Part shown: piece by piece, positions 57,851 through 64,000 of the stretch
Layout of the letters: each line of letters starts with the position of its first letter
Numbering within the stretch: the first letter of the stretch is position 1
Origin: an uncultured Acidimicrobiaceae bacterium
GTDB lineage: Bacteria; Actinomycetota; Acidimicrobiia; Acidimicrobiales; RAAP-2
Reading direction: 5' to 3'
Length of the DNA: 64,000 nucleotides
Assembly (NCBI GenBank): GCA_963726135.1
Contig: CAVSBE010000003.1
Location: 123,595-187,594 of the forward strand
Position numbers and translations under genes: made by a program
Notes under the pieces: generated by a model
Told to the model about the DNA's origin: nothing
What the model saw: only the letters and a program-made list of their open reading frames with translations
Databases searched by the model: none

Positions 57851-58645
57851 CTAGCGAATGGTAGGTGGGTCGGGGCGCCGGTTGCGGAAGGTGTCCTGCC
57901 CTTCGCCGAGCGCCTCCGCGCTCATGGAGAGGTTCAGCAAGACGTTGCCGAGCTCGGTGACCTGCCCGGCCGGCATGTCGCGGGTGGCCCATATCGTCCG
58001 CAGGGAGGCCTGCACGGCGGCCGGGGGTTGGGCGGCGATCGTGGCGGCGACACCGCGTGCCACATGGAGGAGCTCGCGGGCCGGCACGACCTGCGTGACC
58101 ATGCCCATCATCTCGGCCCGCCGCGCCGAGATCCGCTCGTGCGTGCCCATCAGCGTCATCCGCATGAGGTCTCCAAAGGGCATGCGCGAGGCCATCAGGG
58201 TCGGCTCGAAGACCGCCGGCATGCCGTACGTTACGTGGGGGTCGAAGAACGTGGCGTTCTCTGACGCGATGATGAAGTCCGACTCCCCGAGAAGGTAGAA
58301 GGCGCCGCCGGCAGCCATCCCGTTCACCGCGGCGATGACCGGCTTCCACAAACCTTGACTGCGCGGCCCGATGTTCTTCCCGGGGTCCTCGTACGTGTAC
58401 GGGTCGAAGTAGTACTCGGCCTCCGTCGTGGGCACCTCGCTGCGATCGATCCCCGTGCAGAAGGCCCGCTCGCCGGCCCCCGTCAACACGACCGCCCTCA
58501 CGGCCTCGTTGGCACGCAGGGACTGCCACACCTGCCGGAGCTCCTGCTGCATCGTCTCGTTGAAGGCGTTGTGCAACTCCGGACGATTGAGCGTCACCAC
58601 GGCGACACCCTCCGACTCTTCGTACTCCAGCGTGTCGAGCTGCAT
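57851..58645 (-). CDS. Enoyl-CoA hydratase/isomerase (crotonase) family
   Basis: Start at MQLDTLEYEESEGVAVVTLNRPELHNAF. Reads VVLTGAGERAFCTGID and AAVNGMAAGGAFYL. Confidence 0.85.
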   Translation of the reverse strand: MQLDTLEYEESEGVAVVTLNRPELHNAFNETMQQELRQVWQSLRANEAVRAVVLTGAGERAFCTGIDRSEVPTTEAEYYFDPYTYEDPGKNIGPRSQGLWKPVIAAVNGMAAGGAFYLLGESDFIIASENATFFDPHVTYGMPAVFEPTLMASRMPFGDLMRMTLMGTHERISARRAEMMGMVTQVVPARELLHVARGVAATIAAQPPAAVQASLRTIWATRDMPAGQVTELGNVLLNLSMSAEALGEGQDTFRNRRPDPPTIR

Positions 58646-58851
58646 GCGGTCCTCCGACGCTTCGATCCTGTGGCTCACCGGCCAGGCCGCGCATGACCGT
58701 TCGACCGAGAGACGCACCCTAATCCACGACTCGTTTCGCGCCGTCCCCGGTCGGCAACCATGCGGCCGCCGCCGCGGGCAACGTGCCGCCACCGCCGCGG
58801 GCAACGCGCCCTACCCGTCCGTCCGACCACGGCCTCATAGAGTGCGTCTCC

Positions 58852-60786
58852 ATGGCAGACCCCAGCGGCGAAAGGGCCACCTCCGTCTGGCACCTGCTGG
58901 TGGGCCAGCCGAGGTCGGCACGGGGCACGGGGAAGGAGCGGATCACGCCGGTCGAGGGACTCTCTGCCCTCTCGCTCGATGCCCTCACGTCGGTTGCCTA
59001 CGGACCCGAGGCCATCATCCTCGTGCTGGCGGTGGCCGGTGCGGGAGCCCTGCACCTCGTCCTGCCCATCACGATCGCCATCGTCGCTCTCCTGGCGATC
59101 CTCGTCTTCTCCTACCGCCAGGTCATCGACGCCTACCCGATGGGCGGCGGGGCCTACGCCGTGTCGCGCGCCAACCTCGGGGCGCACACCAGCCTCGTCG
59201 CCGCCGCGGCACTGGTCGTCGACTACACGCTCACCGTCGCCGTCTCCATTGCCGCCGGTGTGGCCTCGCTGCAGTCCGCCTTCCCCTCCCTCGACGGGGT
59301 CACCATCCCGCTCTGCCTCGGGATCCTCGCCTTCATCACCGTGCTCAACCTGCGGGGCCTCGGAGAGACAGCGCGGGCCTTCCTGCTGCCCACCATGGTG
59401 TTCATCGTCGGGCTGCTGGCCATCATCGCGGTCGGCCTCATCCATCCCCTCGGCCTGAACGAACCCCCCGTGGGCACGTCGCAGCTCCCCACGACCGGCC
59501 TCAAGGCGGTGACGTTCCTGCTCGTCCTCAAGGCCTTCTCGGCGGGATGCAGCGCCCTGACCGGCGTCGAGGCCATCGCCAACGGTGTCCCGCTGTTTCG
59601 CGAGCCACGGACCGTCCGCGCCAAGCGGACCGAGATGCTGCTCGGCCTCATCCTCGGCGCCATGCTGCTCGGACTGGCCGTGCTCGCCAAGCGCTGGCAG
59701 ATCGGGCCCCGCAGCGGCCAGACGGTGCTGAGCCAGATCATGGCGATGTCGGTCGGGCGGGGCTGGGCCTACTACATCGTGTCGATCACCATCACGATCG
59801 TGCTCGCCCTGGCGGCCAACACCTCCTTTGGCGGGCTCCCCGTCCTGGCCAGCCTGGTGGCGCGCGACAATTACCTTCCCCACCTCTTCACCATCCGGGG
59901 CGACCGCCAGACCTTCGCGAACGGCATCGTGGTGCTCGCCGTCCTGGCGGCAGCGCTGCTGATCGCCGTGGACGGGAACACGAACACCCTGATCCCCCTG
60001 TTCGCCATCGGCGTGTTCATCGGGTTCACGCTGTCGCAAACCGGTCTCGTGGTGCACTGGCGAAAGACCCGGCCGCCCGGTTGGCGCCGCCGCGCCGTCA
60101 TCAACGCGGTGGGCGCGTGCATCACCGCCATCGCCACCGTCGTCTTCCTGGTCTCGAAGTTCACCGAGGGGGCCTGGGTAGTCGTGATCGCCATCCCGGC
60201 CTTCATATTCCTCTTCCTCCGCATCCACGCCTACTACGACCGCGCCGGCAAAGCGCTGGCGATCGACAGGACGCCACCCAAGCCCGAGCCCAAGCACACG
60301 ATCGTCATCGTGCCGGTCAACCGCGTCTCGCTCCTCACCGAGCACGCCTTGTGCGAGGCAGCGTCCCTGGGGCAGGAGGTGATCGCCGTGACGGTCGTCC
60401 TCCGCGGTGGCGACGACGCCGCACGCGACGCCGAGAGGCTGCGGCGCCACTGGCGGAGGTGGGATCCGGGCGTGCCCCTGAAGGTGCTCCACACCGACTA
60501 CGCGTCAGTGGTCGAGCCGATCATCGCCTTCATCGACGAGCTCAGGGACGAACACCCCGACGACCAGCTCGTCGTCCTCATTCCCGTCATCCGGCCCGAC
60601 AAGCTGCGCTACCGGATCCTGCACAACCAGCTCGACGTCGTGCTCTCGGCTGCTCTCCGCAGCCGTTCCGACGTGATCACCGCCCGGGTCACTCTGCCGA
60701 TCCACCTCGAAGCGCTGCACGACGGGCCACCGCAGGGATCGACCAGGCCGCCGCAGCCGCAGCGGCCACCCCCGTCAACCCGATGA
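58852..60786 (+). CDS. APC superfamily permease with a C-terminal cytoplasmic extension
   Basis: Start at MADPSGE. About 12 hydrophobic helices (LDALTSVAYGPEAIILVL, FSAGCSALTGVEAIANGV) followed by a ~200-aa soluble tail. Confidence 0.75.
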   Translation: MADPSGERATSVWHLLVGQPRSARGTGKERITPVEGLSALSLDALTSVAYGPEAIILVLAVAGAGALHLVLPITIAIVALLAILVFSYRQVIDAYPMGGGAYAVSRANLGAHTSLVAAAALVVDYTLTVAVSIAAGVASLQSAFPSLDGVTIPLCLGILAFITVLNLRGLGETARAFLLPTMVFIVGLLAIIAVGLIHPLGLNEPPVGTSQLPTTGLKAVTFLLVLKAFSAGCSALTGVEAIANGVPLFREPRTVRAKRTEMLLGLILGAMLLGLAVLAKRWQIGPRSGQTVLSQIMAMSVGRGWAYYIVSITITIVLALAANTSFGGLPVLASLVARDNYLPHLFTIRGDRQTFANGIVVLAVLAAALLIAVDGNTNTLIPLFAIGVFIGFTLSQTGLVVHWRKTRPPGWRRRAVINAVGACITAIATVVFLVSKFTEGAWVVVIAIPAFIFLFLRIHAYYDRAGKALAIDRTPPKPEPKHTIVIVPVNRVSLLTEHALCEAASLGQEVIAVTVVLRGGDDAARDAERLRRHWRRWDPGVPLKVLHTDYASVVEPIIAFIDELRDEHPDDQLVVLIPVIRPDKLRYRILHNQLDVVLSAALRSRSDVITARVTLPIHLEALHDGPPQGSTRPPQPQRPPPSTR

Positions 60787-60879
60787 CCAAGGGCGGGGGA
60801 CGGGCAGCCGAGAGGCCGGGCGACGGAGGGCGACGCGCCCTCGACCCGGGTCAGCCGACGGCGAGCTGAGTCAGGCCGC

Positions 60880-61671
60880 TCAACGGCCTTTCCAGACCGG
60901 ATCGCGCTTCTCGATGAACGCGGTCGCACCCTCCTTGGCGTCCTCGCTGCCGAAGACCTTCGGCTGCCACTCCGCGGCGAGCGTGCGCGCCTTCTCGAGA
61001 TCGGTGGAGGCGGTGCGCACGAGCTCCTTGGTGGCCTGCAAGGCGAGCGGCCCGTTGCGCGCGATGCGCTCGGCCAGATCCACCGCAGCATCGAGCACCT
61101 CGGTCGGTGGCACCACCCGGTTGATCAGCCCGAGCGACAGCGCCCGCCCGGCGTCAATGGAATCGCCTGTCAACGTCAGCTCGAGCGCCACGGCCAGCGG
61201 GATGCGCGTGCTCACGAACACGCCGCCCCCCGCCGCGAACAGGCCGCGCTTGACCTCGGGCACGCCGAACGACGCGGCCTCCGATGCCACCACGACGTCG
61301 CACCCGAGAAGCAGTTCGAAACCCCCCGCGACCGCCGTGGCGTTGGCGGCACCGACGATCGGAACACCGATCTCCCCCTGGGTGAACCGGGCAAAGCCCT
61401 TCATGCCCTCGGGGTCCCCGCCCAGTGCCCCTCCCTCGGCGAACGCCCGCAGGTCCATGCCGGCGCAGAAGGCCTTCTCGCCCGTCCCGGTCAGCACAAC
61501 GGCCCGCACATCGGGGTCGTCCTCCGCCTCGAGCATGCCGAGACCGATGGCGGTGAGCAGCTCGGGGTTCAGCGCATTGCGTGCTGCGGGACGGTTGAGC
61601 CGCAGCACGGCCACCGCCCCGCGGCGCTCTTTCACGAGGACCGGCTCGGGCTTCTCCTCCGTGTCGCTCAT
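60880..61671 (-). CDS. Enoyl-CoA hydratase
   Basis: Start at MSDTEEK. Reads AVAVLRLNRPAARNAL, VVLTGTGEKAFCAGMDL and GAANATAVAGGFELLLGCD. Confidence 0.9.
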   Translation of the reverse strand: MSDTEEKPEPVLVKERRGAVAVLRLNRPAARNALNPELLTAIGLGMLEAEDDPDVRAVVLTGTGEKAFCAGMDLRAFAEGGALGGDPEGMKGFARFTQGEIGVPIVGAANATAVAGGFELLLGCDVVVASEAASFGVPEVKRGLFAAGGGVFVSTRIPLAVALELTLTGDSIDAGRALSLGLINRVVPPTEVLDAAVDLAERIARNGPLALQATKELVRTASTDLEKARTLAAEWQPKVFGSEDAKEGATAFIEKRDPVWKGR

Positions 61672-61820
61672 CAGGCCACGACCTTCCTCTCTCACCGGTC
61701 CGTACGTCCTTCACGTCGCAATGTAGGGCATGGCCGCACGTGCCCGCCCGACGTCTGGTCTTCCGCATGTGCCATACCGTCCAGGATTAGGTTGGACCGA
61801 CGCAGACGAACGAGGAGCGC

Positions 61821-62663
61821 ATGGCAGACGTCGCAGAACCCTCGGCCGCATCGGCCGCCGCCGAGGAGCCCGTGATCGTGGTCGAGGTCACCGACGGGCT
61901 CGGGACCATCACGCTGAACCGCCCGGCCCGGCGCAACGCGCTGAACGGCGAGCTGATCGCCGCCCTCGACGACGCGGTCCGCCGCATGGCCGAGGACCCC
62001 GAGGCCAAGGTGGTCGTCCTCACCGGAGCCGCACCCGGAGGCGGCCACGGGGGCTTCTGCTCGGGGGGTGACATCAAGTCCACCGTCGGCCGCAGCGAAG
62101 CCGGCAGCGAGAAGGCCGTCCCCGCGGACGCGTTGTCCGGTGAACTTTCCCGCCACGATCTGCACGCGGCCATGCTCCTGCACCTCATGCCCAAGCCGAC
62201 GATCGCCATGGTCGGCGGGCCGGCCGTCGGCGCCGGGTGCAGCCTCGCCGCCGCCTGCGACCTGCGCTTTGCCTCCGAGGACGCCGTGTTCGCCACCAAC
62301 TTCTCGCCCAACGGGGTGTCGGGCGACTACGGGGGTTCGTTCTTCTGGACGCGCATCGGCGGCACGGCGCTGGCCCGCCGCCTCTACTTGTTGAACGAGA
62401 AGATCCCCGCCACCCGCGCCCTCGAGCTGGGCATGGTCCACGCCGTCCTCCCGCCGGACGAACTGCGCGCCCACACCTACGAGATCGCCAACGACCTGGC
62501 CCGCACGCCCGCCGCGCTGTTGGCGCTCGTCAAGGACAACCTCAACGCCGCCGAGGACGAGGTCGAGCGACGGCGCTGGCTCTTCGCCCACGAGGCCGAG
62601 AACTACGGGAGATTCAGCACGGCCGCGGCCGAACCACGGGTGCAGACCCGGCACGAGGGCTGA
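61821..62663 (+). CDS. Enoyl-CoA hydratase/isomerase family
   Basis: Reads GTITLNRPARRNALNGEL, FCSGGDI and AMVGGPAVGAGCSLAAACDLRF. Confidence 0.85.
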   Translation: MADVAEPSAASAAAEEPVIVVEVTDGLGTITLNRPARRNALNGELIAALDDAVRRMAEDPEAKVVVLTGAAPGGGHGGFCSGGDIKSTVGRSEAGSEKAVPADALSGELSRHDLHAAMLLHLMPKPTIAMVGGPAVGAGCSLAAACDLRFASEDAVFATNFSPNGVSGDYGGSFFWTRIGGTALARRLYLLNEKIPATRALELGMVHAVLPPDELRAHTYEIANDLARTPAALLALVKDNLNAAEDEVERRRWLFAHEAENYGRFSTAAAEPRVQTRHEG

Positions 62664-62714
62664 AGGCCTCGCCCGCGAGACGCACGGGGTGCGAGCTCCG
62701 CGCTCCCGCTCACG

Positions 62715-62876
62715 CTACTTGCCCGTGTGGGTGACGGTGCTGACCTGCGCCGGCGCGACCGCGTTCGAGTGCAGGGCTCCGCTGGCTGCCGCCAGCGGCC
62801 CGCTCCACACGGCGATCGTGGCCGCGACGGAGCACAAGATGCCGGCGGCGATCGCTCCACCCTTGTAGTCCCGCAT
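62715..62876 (-). CDS. Possible small membrane peptide (53 aa)
   Basis: MRDYKGGAIAAGILCSVAATIAVWSGPLAAASG.... Third codon positions are strongly G/C. The rest of track ORF 62715-63272 is antisense to the DUF2889-like gene. Confidence 0.35.
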   Translation of the reverse strand: MRDYKGGAIAAGILCSVAATIAVWSGPLAAASGALHSNAVAPAQVSTVTHTGK

Positions 62877-63045
62877 GGGCCCACTGTCGCACCGGAACAT
62901 GTGGAACAGGCGAGCGGAGGATAAGAAGATCCGAAGAGACGCGGGTGCGAGCGGGCGTGTCGTCGGTCGTGACGGCCTCGGGGAGACGAAACCCTCCGTC
63001 GGCCGCCTACCATGAAAACATGATTTGCGAAGCGGGTGCCCCGCC

Positions 63046-64000
63046 ATGGCGTCGCTGAGCCCCCCTCCGTCGGATCCCGCCCCCAAGCCCCCCGAGCGCC
63101 GCCCGGGCTCTGTTCGGCGCACCTCGACCATGCTCATGTCCTGGCCCGACGGCCTGGGCACCGACCTCCATCTCAAGGGACGGGCACGCGACCTGCTGAC
63201 GCCTCGCGTCGGGAAGGCCGTGGTGGTCAACCGTGCGGACCTCGACGCGGTGACCGGCCGAGCCCGAGACATCCAGCGGATCTCCGCAGATCCCGGCGCC
63301 GAGGGCCTGGTACGTCTCGTCGGGCGTCACGCGGGTGGCGGCCTGCGCACGGCCATCGCCGAGGAGCTGCCGGGCGAGGTGGCCGGAGGCACACCACTGC
63401 ACCTCCTCCTCGACGACCTGGCCGGGTCCACGCTCATCTCCGGCTTCGTCTACGTCCGCTGGATGGACAGGATCCCCGAGCTGCGCGAGCGGGTCGCCAA
63501 GGCACCCGTGCGGAGCATGGTCGACATCTGTGCGGGCTTCCGCGCCGGCTCGAGCGCCCTGGCGAGCGACGGCTCCATCGTCCACCAGCAGAACACGGCG
63601 CGGCCGGGCCCTTTGGGCGATCCGGCCGATCCCGTCGGGTGGCACGAGCTGGACGATCCTCCGCAGCCGGCGATGCGACGCGCCCGACGCATCGACGTGT
63701 GGGACGACGGCGGCGTCCTGCAGTTCGACGCCATGTTCCGCGACAGCTCCTGGGACCCCGACGGCGGGGAGATCGTCGTCCACGAATACCAGATGCTCGG
63801 GCAGGCGGACAGGGCGTCGGGTGTGCTGCGCTCGGTCACCGCCGTTCCGCGCGTGCTCCCCTACGCCGAGTGCCCCGGGGCGGCGCCCAACGCATCGTGG
63901 TTGGCGGGCACCGAATTGCGGTCCATGCGCACCGAGGTGCTGGCGCGGCTGCGGGCCACCGACTGCTGCACGCACCTCAACGACGGGTTGCGCTCGCTGG
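63046..64000 (+). CDS. DUF2889-like protein (3' end outside the window)
   Basis: The open frame runs from the ATG at 63046 to the window edge and is not in the ORF track because it has no stop. Reads RRIDVWDDGGVLQFDAMFRDS...VVHEYQMLG...PRVLPYAECP...CCTHLNDGLRSL. Confidence 0.65.
   Translation, partial: MASLSPPPSDPAPKPPERRPGSVRRTSTMLMSWPDGLGTDLHLKGRARDLLTPRVGKAVVVNRADLDAVTGRARDIQRISADPGAEGLVRLVGRHAGGGLRTAIAEELPGEVAGGTPLHLLLDDLAGSTLISGFVYVRWMDRIPELRERVAKAPVRSMVDICAGFRAGSSALASDGSIVHQQNTARPGPLGDPADPVGWHELDDPPQPAMRRARRIDVWDDGGVLQFDAMFRDSSWDPDGGEIVVHEYQMLGQADRASGVLRSVTAVPRVLPYAECPGAAPNASWLAGTELRSMRTEVLARLRATDCCTHLNDGLRSL

Overview
High-GC, actinobacterial-type chromosomal DNA, judged from codon usage, F420/LLM/PPOX genes and gene families. 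All function calls come from reading motifs in the ORF track by eye, with no database search. The window has two parts. (1) 186-26985 is an integrated genomic island of about 26.8 kb. It is bounded by a perfect 43-bp direct repeat that equals the 3' end of an intact tRNA-Arg(ACG) at 26944-27017, and a tyrosine integrase gene (25371-26849) sits next to the tRNA. Its cargo is mosaic and looks more A/T-rich by eye than the right flank. It includes an SDR/SDR/TetR/SRPBCC module, a lipoprotein, a transposase remnant, a small-ORF/HNH/718-aa secreted repeat-protein operon, and nested IS21-family elements that disrupt a two-gene operon. It also carries a short GntR regulator with three membrane-anchored proteins sharing one N-terminal motif, HIT/PPOX/methyltransferase/GNAT genes, a DUF2293-like gene flanked by 45-bp inverted repeats, and a 1093-aa cyclase-ATPase-TPR protein. 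(2) 27018-64000 looks like core metabolism. It holds a P450, a ROK glucokinase, two TetR/PadR-linked ABC-2 exporters, an amidase, and a NucS-like/DUF4268 fusion nuclease. It also holds a PIG-L plus two PhyH dioxygenases plus an LLM oxidoreductase, an acyl-CoA synthetase, and MntH facing a divergent CDF transporter. A lipid/beta-oxidation-like block follows (acyl-CoA dehydrogenase, three enoyl-CoA hydratases, SDR, thioesterase, hydrolases), then an ArsR/SRPBCC trio, an APC permease and a partial DUF2889 gene. At least 14 otherwise recognisable genes are split by single frameshifts, which points to either indel errors in the assembly or real gene decay. I saw no rRNA, no CRISPR array and no convincing ncRNA other than the tRNA. 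Many very long ORFs in the track are antisense or off-frame artefacts of high GC.
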